Source: an uncultured Thermoplasmata archaeon (GTDB taxonomy: Archaea > Thermoplasmatota > Thermoplasmata > Lutacidiplasmatales > UBA184). Taken from it: a stretch of DNA of 64,000 bases. The stretch spans positions 1,151,009 through 1,215,008 of the forward strand of contig CAVTJV010000007.1 of NCBI GenBank assembly GCA_963735185.1, in the 5' to 3' direction. A program made the translations under genes and the position numbers. Below are positions 1 through 9,879 of this stretch, one piece after another; position 1 is the first letter of the stretch; each line of letters begins with the position of its first letter. The notes beneath the pieces are model-generated. The model ran no database searches, was not told where the DNA came from, and saw nothing but the letters and a program-made list of their open reading frames with translations.

Positions 1-234
1 CGGGTTTCCGAACCGGAGAGCTTGCCCGAGCTGACCGCGGAGGAGATCGTCGTGGCGGCGAAACGACTCGGCTTCCGCGCGGAGGTCGAACCCGACAAGC
101 AGTACCCCCGTCGTTTCTTCGAGTACGCGGGCCGCGTCAAGGTGACGAAGAAGGGTTCCATGACGAAGGCCCGTTTCCTGAAGGAACTGGCCACGGAGCT
201 CCACAAACAGCGGGCCGCCGCGGGACGGAAGTGA
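1..234 (+). CDS. srp19: Signal recognition particle protein SRP19, C-terminal part (5' end lies outside the window)
   Basis: Frame 1 is open from nt 1. The translation ...PELTAEEIVVAAKRLGF..DKQYPRR...GRVKV.KKG...FLKELA matches the conserved C-terminal half of archaeal SRP19 as I recall it. Stop TGA at 232-234. Confidence 0.75.
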   Translation, partial: RVSEPESLPELTAEEIVVAAKRLGFRAEVEPDKQYPRRFFEYAGRVKVTKKGSMTKARFLKELATELHKQRAAAGRK

Positions 235-237
235 ACC

Positions 238-1029
238 GTGGAAGAGCCGGGCACGATCTACTTCACGGGAACGGCCGGTGCCGGGAAGACCTCGCTCGTC
301 CGAGCGTTCGCCGAATGGACGCGGGCGGCCGGCTACGACGCGGCGGTCGTGAACCTCGACCCGGGCAGCGAAGCTTCGGAGGAGGCGGCGGACGTCGACA
401 TCCGCGAGTGGGTGCGGCTCGCCGACCTGCAGGACGAGTACGGCCTGGGCCCGAACGGTGCCCAGGTGGTCGCGGCCGACATGATCGCCCTCAAGGTCTT
501 CGAGGTCAAGCAGGCGGTCCAGGAGCTGAAGGCGGACTACATCCTGATCGACACGCCCGGACAGATCGAGCTGTTCGCGTTCCGAGAGGCGTCCAAGGCG
601 ATCGTGGACGCGCTCAGCGGGGACCGCTCGGTCATCGCGTTCCTCTACGACCCCGTGCTCGCACGGACCGCGCCGGGCTTCGTCTCGCTCCTCATGCTCG
701 GCGCGACCGTGGAGTTCCGATTCCGCCTCCCGACGGTCAACATCCTATCGAAATCGGACGTGCTGACCCCCGAACAGCTCGCCGAAGTGATGAGCTGGTC
801 GGACGACCCGGGCGCTCTCTACGACGCGATCGGCCGTGACACGCCGACCCCGGACATCCAGCTGTCGACCGAGCTCTTCCGGGCGATGGAGACGATGGCC
901 CCTCTGGTCGGCCTCATCCCCACCTCCGCGAAGGAAGCGAGCGGCCTCGAGGACCTCTACCACTCCTTCCAGCGGGTCTTCGCGGGCGGCGAGGACCTCG
1001 AGCCCTCGCACGCCCCGACCAACGAGTGA
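238..1029 (+). CDS. GPN-loop GTPase (PAB0955/XAB1 family)
   Basis: GTG start 4 nt after the srp19 stop. P-loop GTAGAGKTS, NLDPG, and the diagnostic GPN motif (YGLGPNGA). Length 263 aa. Confidence 0.85.
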   Translation: MEEPGTIYFTGTAGAGKTSLVRAFAEWTRAAGYDAAVVNLDPGSEASEEAADVDIREWVRLADLQDEYGLGPNGAQVVAADMIALKVFEVKQAVQELKADYILIDTPGQIELFAFREASKAIVDALSGDRSVIAFLYDPVLARTAPGFVSLLMLGATVEFRFRLPTVNILSKSDVLTPEQLAEVMSWSDDPGALYDAIGRDTPTPDIQLSTELFRAMETMAPLVGLIPTSAKEASGLEDLYHSFQRVFAGGEDLEPSHAPTNE

Positions 1030-1033
1030 ACCC

Positions 1034-1336
1034 CTACTCTTCGGTAAAGAAGAGGCCCATCCCCGCCGAGGCCGAGTCATCCTCGTCCTTGAACCGTCGG
1101 TAGAGCGATTCCGCGTCCGCGGTCGGAAGACGGGTGCCGATGGGCGTGAGCAGCTCCTCGGCCCGGTGGACCGCGTCCGCCGCGCCCTCGATGAGGACGT
1201 ACGTGGCGCCGGACGGACCGCCCATCGCTGCCGCGTCGCGGACCTTCTGGCTCTGGCGGGAGACCCGGTCGTCCTTGAGGGCAGCGTCCAGTTCCGGCCG
1301 TTTCGTGCTGGGGACGGAGAAGAGGGTCCACGTCAT
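1034..1336 (-). CDS. Hypothetical 100-aa protein with an acidic, ribosomal-stalk-like C-terminal tail (DEDDSASAGMGLFFTEE)
   Basis: ATG at 1336. Third codon positions are strongly G/C-biased in this frame. Lies convergent to the GPN GTPase gene. No family recognised. The 270-aa ORF in the track is an upstream over-extension. Confidence 0.45.
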   Translation of the reverse strand: MTWTLFSVPSTKRPELDAALKDDRVSRQSQKVRDAAAMGGPSGATYVLIEGAADAVHRAEELLTPIGTRLPTADAESLYRRFKDEDDSASAGMGLFFTEE

Positions 1337-1418
1337 GCGGCCGGGCGACCCGGCCCGCGTATATGGGCGTTTTCGGCTCGACAGCCAGCGAGATGAGCGC
1401 CTCCGACCTCGGTCGAAC

Positions 1419-2135
1419 GTGTACTCTTCGACCCTGGACGCCCCGGTCCTCCTGCTCGGCTCGGCCCACGTGGTGGACCTAGGCGAGCCGCTGCGCCGGG
1501 CGCTCGCCGACCGGGTCCTGGATGGGGTCGCGGTGGAGCTCGATGCGGAACGGGCCCAGTCCCTCATGTCGTCGGACGGGCCCCAGCGGCGTTCCGGCTC
1601 GTCCCCGCTGTTCGCTCGGATCTGGGGGGTCATGCAGCGACGACTCGGCGCGGAGATCGGGGCCGGGGTTCCCGGCGCGGAGATGAAGGTCGCCATCGAG
1701 GTCGCCCGAGGCCGCAACCTTCCCGTCTTCCTGATCGACGACCCCATCCGGGAGACGCTGACGAACCTCGTACGGGCGTTACCGTTCAAGGAGCGGGTCA
1801 CCCTCCTCGTGAGCAGCGTCGTAGGCCTCTTCGTCCCGTCCCGCATCGTCAGCCGGGAGATGGACCGCTATTCCGAGTCTCCGAGCGAGTACACCGACGA
1901 GCTGCGCCGCGTCAGCCCGACGATGGCCCGCGTCCTCCTGGACGACCGGAACGAGCACATGGCCGACCGCCTCGTGTCGCTCCGACAGCGCGGGTTCGGA
2001 CGGATGGCCGCCGTGGTCGGGGACGCCCACCTCGACGGACTGCGGAAGGCCCTTGCCCGCCGCGGTCTTCCGAGCGAGGTCGTCCGCTTCTCGGAGCTGC
2101 GGGCGGCTACAGCACCGTCACCTGGTTCTTCGTAG
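1419..2135 (+). CDS. TraB/PrgY (pheromone shutdown-like) family protein
   Basis: In-frame GTG at 1419. LLLGSAHVV...VAVELD, GAEMKVAIEVARGRNLPVFLIDD, DDRNEHMADRL...AAVVGDAHLDGL resemble the TraB family pattern. The upstream part of the 333-aa ORF overlaps the minus-strand gene and is probably not coding. Confidence 0.7.
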   Translation: MYSSTLDAPVLLLGSAHVVDLGEPLRRALADRVLDGVAVELDAERAQSLMSSDGPQRRSGSSPLFARIWGVMQRRLGAEIGAGVPGAEMKVAIEVARGRNLPVFLIDDPIRETLTNLVRALPFKERVTLLVSSVVGLFVPSRIVSREMDRYSESPSEYTDELRRVSPTMARVLLDDRNEHMADRLVSLRQRGFGRMAAVVGDAHLDGLRKALARRGLPSEVVRFSELRAATAPSPGSS

Positions 2136-2883
2136 CGTCGTCGACCGCTCGAACGAACGCATCGGCGAGCGCGGTGACCTCGGGGGAGGTGAGCTCTCCG
2201 AGGCGACCGTCGTCCGAGAGCTCCGAGACCGGGGAGAGGACCGGAAGGCTCCCGAGGACGGGGATCCCGTACTCCTCGGCGACATGCGCGACGCGGCTCG
2301 CGCCGAACAGGTCGGTCCGCTCGTGGCAGTGCGGGCAGGTGATCCAGGCCATGTTCTCGACGACCCCGAGCAAGGGGACGTGGAGGTCACGGGCCATGTT
2401 CATCGCCTTCTTCACAATGAGTGCCGCAAGGTCCTGGGGCGTCAGCACGAACACCATCCCGTCGATCGGGATCGTCTGGAAGACCGTGAGGGGAACGTCG
2501 CTCGTCCCCGGCGGCATGTCGATGAGGAGGAAGTCGAGGCTCCCCCAGTGGACGCTTCCAAAGAACTGGGTGATGAGCCGGGTGACGAGCGGGCCGCGCC
2601 AGATGACGGGGGTCTGCTCGTCCTCGACCATGAACTGCGAGGAGATCACCGCGATCCCCGACGCCGTCTGGGCGGGCTCGATCCCTTCGCCCCGGTCGAG
2701 CAGTGGCCCGGTGAGGCCGAGAAGTTTGGGGATGGAAGGGCCGGTGATATCGGCGTCCAGGATGCCGACCCGCAGGCCGCGACGGGCGAGCTCGATCGCG
2801 AGGAGCGCGGTGACGGACGACTTCCCGACGCCTCCCTTGCCGCTCCCGACCGCCACGACGTGCGCGATCGCTCCCTTGTCCAT
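2107..2883 (-). CDS. Mrp/NBP35 (ApbC) family Fe-S cluster carrier ATPase
   Basis: Deviant Walker A VGSGKGGVGKSS, ILDADITGPSIP, and the CPHC motif. ATG at 2883. An alternative GTG at 2982 would add a Pro/Ala-rich extension. Confidence 0.9.
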   Translation of the reverse strand: MDKGAIAHVVAVGSGKGGVGKSSVTALLAIELARRGLRVGILDADITGPSIPKLLGLTGPLLDRGEGIEPAQTASGIAVISSQFMVEDEQTPVIWRGPLVTRLITQFFGSVHWGSLDFLLIDMPPGTSDVPLTVFQTIPIDGMVFVLTPQDLAALIVKKAMNMARDLHVPLLGVVENMAWITCPHCHERTDLFGASRVAHVAEEYGIPVLGSLPVLSPVSELSDDGRLGELTSPEVTALADAFVRAVDDATKNQVTVL

Positions 2884-3002
2884 CCGTTGAAGGATGCCGC
2901 GCGCCGCCGGACGAGCGGCGGGGGTGGGCGAAGAGGGCGGCGGTGCGGCGGAACGGTACGCGGGTTCTCCGTCGGCGGTCACGCGGCATTGACGGGGGCC
3001 TA

Positions 3003-3011
3003 GATATATAA
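3003..3011. promoter_or_regulatory. TATA-box-like element (GATATATAA) in the divergent Mrp/acd intergenic region
   Basis: An isolated AT-rich nonamer in a GC-rich spacer. It lies 41-49 nt upstream of the acd ATG (3052) and about 21-29 nt from the alternative Mrp GTG (2982). Confidence 0.45.
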
Positions 3012-3051
3012 CGGACCGCTCGTCCGCGAGGTCGTACCCGGTGAGTAAACC

Positions 3052-5187
3052 ATGACGAGCGGTCGGTCCGCCGAGTTGGACGAGCTGTTCCGGCCCTCGT
3101 CGGTCGCCGTCGTGGGGGCGTCCAACAAGCCCGGCAAGGTCGGCATGCACCTCTTCCGGAACATCATCGAGGCCGGCTTCAAAGGGGTCGTCTACCCGGT
3201 GAACCCGTCCTCGAAGAGCGTCTCGGGCGTCCGATGCTATCCCGACATCGAGGACCTCCCAGAGACCCCGGACCTGGGCGTCGTCATCGTGCCCGCCCCC
3301 ACCGTTCCGGACACCGTCGAGCGCCTGGGGAAGGCGGGAGCGCGGGGCGTGATCATCATCTCCTCTGGGTTCCGCGAGCAGGGCGAAGCGGGCGCGGCGC
3401 TCGAGGAGGACGTCGTTCAGCGGGCGGCCAAGTACAAGATGTCCGTCGTCGGTCCCAACTGCTTCGGGGTCATCAACACGGCCCCCGACGTGAACCTCAA
3501 TTGCACCTTCAGCGAGAGCCTGCCGCCGCGGGGCAACATCGCGTTCGTCTCCCAGAGCGGGGCCCTCTGCGCCGGGATCCTGGCGTACGGAACGACGGAG
3601 CGGATCGGCTTCTCCCGGTTCGTTTCCGTCGGGAACCGGGCCGGGGTCGACGAGAACGACCTCCTCTACTCGCTGGGCAAGGACGATGCCACCAAGGTCA
3701 TCCTGCTCTACGTCGAGAGCCTGGTGAACGGTCGCAAGTTCCTAGAGACCGCGCGGGAGGTGACGGAGCACAAGCCCGTCCTCGTGATCAAGAGCGGGCG
3801 CACTCCGGCGGGGGAACGGGCGGCGAAGAGCCACACGGGCTCCCTCGCGCAATCGGGACGCGACCAGCTGTACGATTCCCTATTCAGTCAAGCCGGGGTC
3901 GAGCGGGCCGAGACCCTGGGCGACCTGTTCCGGACGGCGAAGATCTTCGCTTCCGGCTTGCGGCTCGACGGACCCCGGCTCATGATTCTCACGAACTCGG
4001 GGGGTCCGGGGATCGTCGCCGCGGATTCCGCGATCCGCCACGGCCTCGAGCTTCCGCCCCTCTCCCCCGCGATGCATGACGCCCTCGTCCCGCACCTGTC
4101 TCCGTCCGCGTCGATCGCGAACCCTCTCGATATGACGGCGGATGCCGGGGCCGACCACTACCGGGACATCCTGAAGATGCTGCTCGAGGGCCCCGACATG
4201 AACGGGGCGCTCGTCATCACGACCCCGACCTCGACCATGACCGGCGAGTCGGTAGCGCGGGCGATCCTGGAGGCGAAGGCCACGACCCAGAAGCCGATCG
4301 CCGCCTGCCTCTTCGGGGTCAACGACCTCTCCCGGGAAGTGGCGATCCTGGAAGAGGCCGGAGTCCCGACGTTCACGTTCCCGGAGGAGGCGACCCAGGG
4401 CCTCGCGTCCCTCGCGCGCTACCACGCCTGGTGGACCCGACCCCGTGCGCCCGAGCGGACGTTCTCCGTCGACCACGCCACCGCCCAGGCCACGATCGAC
4501 CGCGCCCGGCGCGCGGGCGTGTCGATCCTTTCCGACTCGGACGCGCGAGCGCTGCTCAGCGCGTACGGGATCCGGTTCCCCGCGGTCAAGCTCGTGCACA
4601 CCCCGGATCAGGCGGTCGATGCGGCGGAGGCGATCGGGTATCCGGTCGTGCTCAAGGTCGTCTCCCCCGACCTCTCCCACAAGACCGACGTGGGCGGCGT
4701 CGCGCTCGGCATCCACGACGCTTCCTCGCTCCGTCGGGCGTGGGAGACGATGCAACAGTCCCTTCAGGCCAAGGCCCACGACGCTCGGGTCGAAGGGTTC
4801 GACGTCGAGTCCGAGGTCCAGGAGGGCAAGGAGGTCCTCGTGGGCGTCCAGCGGGACCCGCACTTTGGCCCGATCCTTGCCTTCGGTCTCGGCGGGATCT
4901 ACGTCGAGGTGCTGCGGGACGTCACGTTCCGGCTCGCCCCCCTCCGACCGCTCTCGGCGCTCCGCATGGTCCAGTCCGTGCGAGCGTTCCCGCTCCTCCA
5001 AGGGGTCCGTGGCGAGCCCCCCAGCGATATCGACGCGCTGACCGATGTGATCGAGCGGATCTCTCAGCTCGCGATGGAGGTCCCCGACGTCCAGGAGCTC
5101 GACATCAACCCGCTCATCGTCCTCCCGGACCACGGGGGCGCGATCGCCGCCGACGCGCGGATCGTGCTCGCTCCGACGTCCAAGTAG
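3052..5187 (+). CDS. Acetate--CoA ligase (ADP-forming), fused alpha/beta (acetyl-CoA synthetase, NDP-forming)
   Basis: 711 aa. N-terminal CoA-binding domain (VAVVGASNKPGKVG), succinyl-CoA-synthetase-like ligase domains (SQSGAL..., KSGRT...SHTGSLA), and a C-terminal ATP-grasp domain (YPVVLKVVSPDLSHKTDVGGV). Confidence 0.9.
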   Translation: MTSGRSAELDELFRPSSVAVVGASNKPGKVGMHLFRNIIEAGFKGVVYPVNPSSKSVSGVRCYPDIEDLPETPDLGVVIVPAPTVPDTVERLGKAGARGVIIISSGFREQGEAGAALEEDVVQRAAKYKMSVVGPNCFGVINTAPDVNLNCTFSESLPPRGNIAFVSQSGALCAGILAYGTTERIGFSRFVSVGNRAGVDENDLLYSLGKDDATKVILLYVESLVNGRKFLETAREVTEHKPVLVIKSGRTPAGERAAKSHTGSLAQSGRDQLYDSLFSQAGVERAETLGDLFRTAKIFASGLRLDGPRLMILTNSGGPGIVAADSAIRHGLELPPLSPAMHDALVPHLSPSASIANPLDMTADAGADHYRDILKMLLEGPDMNGALVITTPTSTMTGESVARAILEAKATTQKPIAACLFGVNDLSREVAILEEAGVPTFTFPEEATQGLASLARYHAWWTRPRAPERTFSVDHATAQATIDRARRAGVSILSDSDARALLSAYGIRFPAVKLVHTPDQAVDAAEAIGYPVVLKVVSPDLSHKTDVGGVALGIHDASSLRRAWETMQQSLQAKAHDARVEGFDVESEVQEGKEVLVGVQRDPHFGPILAFGLGGIYVEVLRDVTFRLAPLRPLSALRMVQSVRAFPLLQGVRGEPPSDIDALTDVIERISQLAMEVPDVQELDINPLIVLPDHGGAIAADARIVLAPTSK

Positions 5188-5355
5188 GCGCCTTCCTGTC
5201 ACCGGCTCGCCCCGAGAGCCCGTGGAGTAGCGGGAACGGAACCCCCCGCGCGCGACCCGGGCGGGCACGTGGGAAGCCCCGTCCTCCGGGCGGTTCCGGA
5301 GGACCCGGATCGGCCACTTTTCTGACGGTTAGGAGCATTTGGATTGACAGAATCG

Positions 5356-5362
5356 ATTAATA
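5356..5362 (+). promoter_or_regulatory. TATA-box-like element (ATTAATA) upstream of korA
   Basis: An AT-rich heptamer 23-29 nt upstream of the ATG at 5385. This spacing fits a leaderless or very short-leader archaeal transcript. Confidence 0.45.
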
Positions 5363-5384
5363 CGAAGGGGCGCTAAAAGTCACC

Positions 5385-7124
5385 ATGAATGAGCTTGCCG
5401 TCCGCGTCGGGGGTCAGGCCGGCGACGGAATCGCCTCGATCGGTGAGTCGATCGCCCGAAGCTTCTCCCGGATGGGACTGCACGTCTTCGGGTTGAACGC
5501 TTACCAATCGGTGATCCGCGGCGGGCATGTTTGGTATCACGCGCGGGCGTCCGAAGGGAAGGTTCACTGCCAGGGCGACCAGATTGACATCATCTACGCG
5601 ATGGACCGTCAGACGGTCACCATCCACAGCCCACTCCTACGGCCGGGCGGCACCATCATCTTCGACCCGGAGAAGTTTCCCCTGGCGCCCACGGAAGTTC
5701 CCTCGGGCGTCCATCTCCTCCCGGTGCCCACGCTCGAGATCGCACGCAAGTACACGAGCCAATCGATCCTGCAGAATGCGGCCGGGATCGGGGCGGTGTC
5801 GTTCCTCGCGGGCATTCCGCTCGACGTCGTCCACCAGGTCCTGACCGACTCGTTCGGCCGGAAGGCGGGGGACATCGTCACCTGGAACGTCGGCGCAAGC
5901 GCCGACGGGTACCACGCGGCGGAGAAGCAGGTGGCGAGCCACCCGAAGGCCCACTCGAAGCAGGGTCCGCCCAAGCTCCTGATGACGGGGAACCAGGCGA
6001 TCGCCCTCGGCGCGGCCGCGGCGGGCTGCAAGTTCCTTGTCCAGTACCCGATGACCCCGGCGACCTCGATCATGCACTGGCTGGCCGCCCACTCGCGCGC
6101 GCTCGGGATCGTGGTGAAGCAGTCCGAGGATGAGCTCGCCTCGATCAACATGGCGATTGGCGCGTCCTACGCCGGCGTACGGACGATGACCGCCAGCAGC
6201 GGCGGCGGTTTCGCGCTGATGACCGAGGGCCTCGGGATGGCCGGTATGGCGGAGGTCCCGGTCGTGGTCGTCGATGCGGCCCGGGCCGGGCCGTCCACGG
6301 GGCTCCCGACCAAGACCGAACAAGGTGACCTCAACCTCATGATGGGCGCGGGCCAGGGAGAGTGGCCCCGGGCGGTGCTCGCCCCGTCGAACCCGGTCGA
6401 AGCGTTCCGGCTCACGGCCGCCGCGTTCGACCTCTCCGAACGTTTCCAGACGCCGGTGCTCGTCCTGACCGACTTCCATCTCGCCGAAGCGATGGAAGGG
6501 GTGGACCGGGAGGAGATCGACTTTAACGTCCCGATCCCGTCGCTGTTCACGGTCGAGCCGAACACGCCCGATTACCGTCGGTACCTGGTCACCGATTCCG
6601 GGGTGTCGCCCCGGGCGTTCCCGGGCCAGGCCGGCTTGAACCACATCGCTCTGTCGGACGAGCACGATGAGCACGGCGGTGACGTCTCCGACATCCGCGC
6701 GGGGATCCCCGAGGCGGTGGCGTGGCGGAAGAAGATGATGGAGAAGCGGATGCGCAAGCTGGAGGGGCTCGCGAAGGCGGCGCCTCCCCCCGTGTTCGAG
6801 GGCCCGGCGAACGCCCCGCTCACGTTCGTGGCGTGGGGCTCCCCCGTGGGCGCCGTGCGCGACGCGATGACGCTCCTGCACGAGCAAGGGAAGGCGACAA
6901 ACCTGCTTCGGTTCCCCACCCTCTACCCGCTCGACCCCGAGGTCGTTCGGTCGATGTTCGCCCGGACCCGGAAGACCCTGCTCGTCGAAGGGAACTACTC
7001 CGGGCAGTTCGGCCACCTCCTGCGGGCGGAAACGGGGGTCGAGTTCCCCCATACGTTCTTCAAGTACGACGGAGAGCCTTTCTATCCGCACCAGATTGTC
7101 GAGCGCGCGATGGAGGTGCTCTGA
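5385..7124 (+). CDS. korA: 2-oxoacid:ferredoxin oxidoreductase subunit alpha (fused gamma+alpha domains)
   Basis: 579 aa. N-terminal gamma-type domain (GGQAGDGI...VIRGGH) followed by an alpha domain (GNQAIALGA...YPMTPATS...). Immediately followed by the beta subunit. Confidence 0.9.
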   Translation: MNELAVRVGGQAGDGIASIGESIARSFSRMGLHVFGLNAYQSVIRGGHVWYHARASEGKVHCQGDQIDIIYAMDRQTVTIHSPLLRPGGTIIFDPEKFPLAPTEVPSGVHLLPVPTLEIARKYTSQSILQNAAGIGAVSFLAGIPLDVVHQVLTDSFGRKAGDIVTWNVGASADGYHAAEKQVASHPKAHSKQGPPKLLMTGNQAIALGAAAAGCKFLVQYPMTPATSIMHWLAAHSRALGIVVKQSEDELASINMAIGASYAGVRTMTASSGGGFALMTEGLGMAGMAEVPVVVVDAARAGPSTGLPTKTEQGDLNLMMGAGQGEWPRAVLAPSNPVEAFRLTAAAFDLSERFQTPVLVLTDFHLAEAMEGVDREEIDFNVPIPSLFTVEPNTPDYRRYLVTDSGVSPRAFPGQAGLNHIALSDEHDEHGGDVSDIRAGIPEAVAWRKKMMEKRMRKLEGLAKAAPPPVFEGPANAPLTFVAWGSPVGAVRDAMTLLHEQGKATNLLRFPTLYPLDPEVVRSMFARTRKTLLVEGNYSGQFGHLLRAETGVEFPHTFFKYDGEPFYPHQIVERAMEVL

Positions 7125-7126
7125 CC

Positions 7127-8026
7127 ATGGCGGAAAGCGTGGCGAGACCGATCATCTCCCCCACCGGAACCGACCTCCCGATCGTCGCCAAGTCGGCGGT
7201 CAAGCCCACGTGGTGCCCGGGATGCGGGGACTACGGTGTCGTCGCCTCCATCGAGATGGCCCTGAAGCGGCTCAAGATTCCCAGCAAGGACGTGGTCATC
7301 GTCTCGGGGATCGGCTGCTCGTCCAACCTCCCGCACTTCCTGTCGTCGTACGGCTTCCACGGGCTCCACGGTCGGACCATCCCGGTCGCCGAGGGGGTCC
7401 GATGGGGGAACCACGGCCTCACGGTCATCGGGACCGGTGGCGACGGAGACGGTTTCGGGATTGGCGTCGGCCACCTCATCCACGCGATGCGGCGGAACGT
7501 CAAGCTGACCTACGTTACCATGGACAACCAGGTCTACGGACTCACGACCGGTCAGGCGAGCCCCACGTCGAGGATGGGCCAGAAGACCAAGTCCACCCCG
7601 ACCGGGGTCATCGAGAACCCGCTCGACCCGGTCTCCCTCGCGCTCGCGAGCGGAGCGACGTACGTCGCCCGCGGGTTCTCGGGGGACGTGAAGCACCTCA
7701 CCGACCTGGTCGCGAACGGGATCCAGCACAAGGGGTTCGCGTTCGTGGACGTCTTCTCCCCCTGCGTGACGTACAACAAGGTCAACACGTTCGACTTCTT
7801 CCGCCAGCGGGTCTACAAGCTCGAGAACTCGGGCCACGACCCGAGCGACCTCGGCGCGGCGTTCCAACGCTCGCTCGAGTGGGGGGACAAGATCCCGATC
7901 GGACTGTTCTACTCGGTCGACCGCCCCACGTACGAGGACCTCGAGGAAGTGCTCGCCGCGGGACCGCTCGCCTACCAGCCGTCGGGGCTCAAGGGGCGCG
8001 AGAAGCTCCTCGACGAGTTCGTCTAA
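7127..8026 (+). CDS. korB: 2-oxoacid:ferredoxin oxidoreductase subunit beta (TPP-binding)
   Basis: ATG at 7127, 3 nt after the korA stop. WCPGCGDYG, GIGCSS, GTGGDGDGFGIG..., YVTMDNQVYGLTTGQ. Confidence 0.9.
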   Translation: MAESVARPIISPTGTDLPIVAKSAVKPTWCPGCGDYGVVASIEMALKRLKIPSKDVVIVSGIGCSSNLPHFLSSYGFHGLHGRTIPVAEGVRWGNHGLTVIGTGGDGDGFGIGVGHLIHAMRRNVKLTYVTMDNQVYGLTTGQASPTSRMGQKTKSTPTGVIENPLDPVSLALASGATYVARGFSGDVKHLTDLVANGIQHKGFAFVDVFSPCVTYNKVNTFDFFRQRVYKLENSGHDPSDLGAAFQRSLEWGDKIPIGLFYSVDRPTYEDLEEVLAAGPLAYQPSGLKGREKLLDEFV

Positions 8027-8207
8027 GGACCTCCCGACCGCCGCCGGGTACCCGTCGGGGGGACCGGAGCCGCCGTCGGGTCGCCGTGGTCCGTACCGGG
8101 GATGCTCCCACGGGGTTTGGGAGCTTTCCCCGCCCGTGACCCAAAGGGACCTTGCGAACGCTACGTTTTTACCGTATCGAGAGAAGACGGGTCCGTAGGC
8201 GAAGCTC

Positions 8208-9770
8208 TTGGCCACAGATTCCGACGCGGTGGTCCGGGAGGGGCTTTCGAGCGTTACCAAAGGCACCCTCTTCCTGCTGGTCTCCACCCTCCTCCTGGTC
8301 GCGCTCACCTTCGTTTCGAGGGTCGTCCTCGTCCGAAGCATCTCCCCGGCGGATTGGAGCGCATTCTCCTTCGGCCTCACGCTGGCGGGGGTCCTCGCCG
8401 CGATCGGGTCGCTCGGTCTGCCGAGCGCGGTCGCGCGAAGCCTTCCCTACGCGGCGACGGACGACGAGCGCCGGACCATCGTTTGGGGCACGTTGTGGAT
8501 CGGGAGCGGGGCCGCGCTCGGAAGCTCGCTCCTCCTGTTTGTCTTCGCCCAGCCGATCGGGCAAGCGCTCGGCTCCCCCGCGATCACGCTCGGCCTTCAG
8601 TACTTCCCCATCGCGGTCGGCTCGGGGATCCTCGCGAGCTTGATCGCGTCGATCTTCCAGGGGTACGAGGACGTGACCCCGAACGCCCTGTTCGTCCAGA
8701 TCGTGAACCCGACGTTGTTCGTCGCGTTCCTCGCCGTTGCGGTCGTCGCACCCCCGTTCGGGATCGATTACCAGGAGTCGCTGCTGGCCTACGCGCTCGC
8801 GAACCTCGTCACGCTCGGCTTGCTCGTCCTCTACCTCGTCCGACGCCTGCCGCAGCGCCTCCCCCGCGGGCCGCGGTCCCCGACCGCGTTGCCCCGGTTC
8901 CTACGGTTCGCCGCGCCGCTGTTCATCGTGGGTGTGATGGGAACGGTCACGGGCTCGGCGGACACCCTCGTCCTCGGCGTTTTCCACCCGCTCGAGGTGG
9001 GCACCTACACGGCATCGCTCACGCTCGCCCGCCTCCTTCCGATCGGGATCGCGGCGGCCGCCTACATCTTCCTCCCGGTCGCGAGCCGGTTCCTTCGGCT
9101 CAACCAACCGCGGTCGATCGGGGTCATCTACGTGACCGTGACCAAGTGGATGATCCTGGTCTCGCTCCCGCTCTTCGTGATCTTCTTCTTCCTCCCGAGC
9201 TCCTCCCTCGGGTTCGTCTACGGGTCCGACTACACGGGGATCGTCGTCCCGCTCCAGATTGCGGTCGTGGGAGCGTTCGCCACGACGCTCCTCGGTCCCG
9301 CGTCGACCGCCCAGGTCGCCTTCGGCCAGACGCAGCTCCTCGCGATCAACGCGGTCGTGGCCGGGGTCGCGGACGTGACCGTCGCGCTCGCCCTGGTCCC
9401 GACGTACGGGTACGTCGGGGCGGCCATCGCATGGGTGGTCGCGACCCTGACCTACGCGGCCCTGTCCATCGCCGAGCTTGCCGCCTTCACCGGGATTCAT
9501 GCGTTTCACGGGCACTTTGTCGTCCCCGTAGTGGCCACCGCGTTACCCGTCGGAGCCGTACTTTGGTACTTCCACCCCACCCTACCCCTCTGGTCCCTGC
9601 CCGCCGTCGGCCTCGGGATTGCTCTTCTGTTCGTGGTGCTCGTCCTCGCGACCCGTTCGATCGATGACGGGGACCGCCTCCTCCTCGAAGCCGTCGAGCA
9701 GCTGTTCGGGCGGCCGTTCCCGCTCTTCCGTCGCCTCGGGCGATACGCCCTCCGCCGTCAGGCACCCTGA
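8208..9770 (+). CDS. Oligosaccharide/polysaccharide flippase (MOP/Wzx superfamily) membrane protein
   Basis: 520 aa, multi-pass hydrophobic protein with typical Wzx/RfbX-like organisation. TTG start per the ORF track; an alternative GTG lies at 8229. Confidence 0.7.
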   Translation: MATDSDAVVREGLSSVTKGTLFLLVSTLLLVALTFVSRVVLVRSISPADWSAFSFGLTLAGVLAAIGSLGLPSAVARSLPYAATDDERRTIVWGTLWIGSGAALGSSLLLFVFAQPIGQALGSPAITLGLQYFPIAVGSGILASLIASIFQGYEDVTPNALFVQIVNPTLFVAFLAVAVVAPPFGIDYQESLLAYALANLVTLGLLVLYLVRRLPQRLPRGPRSPTALPRFLRFAAPLFIVGVMGTVTGSADTLVLGVFHPLEVGTYTASLTLARLLPIGIAAAAYIFLPVASRFLRLNQPRSIGVIYVTVTKWMILVSLPLFVIFFFLPSSSLGFVYGSDYTGIVVPLQIAVVGAFATTLLGPASTAQVAFGQTQLLAINAVVAGVADVTVALALVPTYGYVGAAIAWVVATLTYAALSIAELAAFTGIHAFHGHFVVPVVATALPVGAVLWYFHPTLPLWSLPAVGLGIALLFVVLVLATRSIDDGDRLLLEAVEQLFGRPFPLFRRLGRYALRRQAP

Positions 9771-9879
9771 GGGGCCCGCGCCGTCCGGCTTCCACGCGGA
9801 GGGCGGCGTGAACGCCCCGCTGCGAGGGCGCTCGGGTCGAACGGCGCCTGTTAAAAGGGCGCCCGGCGTTTCTACCTCG

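Noticed and set aside
1134-1418. N-terminal 95 codons of the 333-aa TraB ORF.
   Set aside because: This part overlaps the better-supported minus-strand small gene (1034..1336). Its sequence is Ser/Ala/Arg-rich with no TraB similarity. TraB homology begins near the in-frame GTG at 1419.
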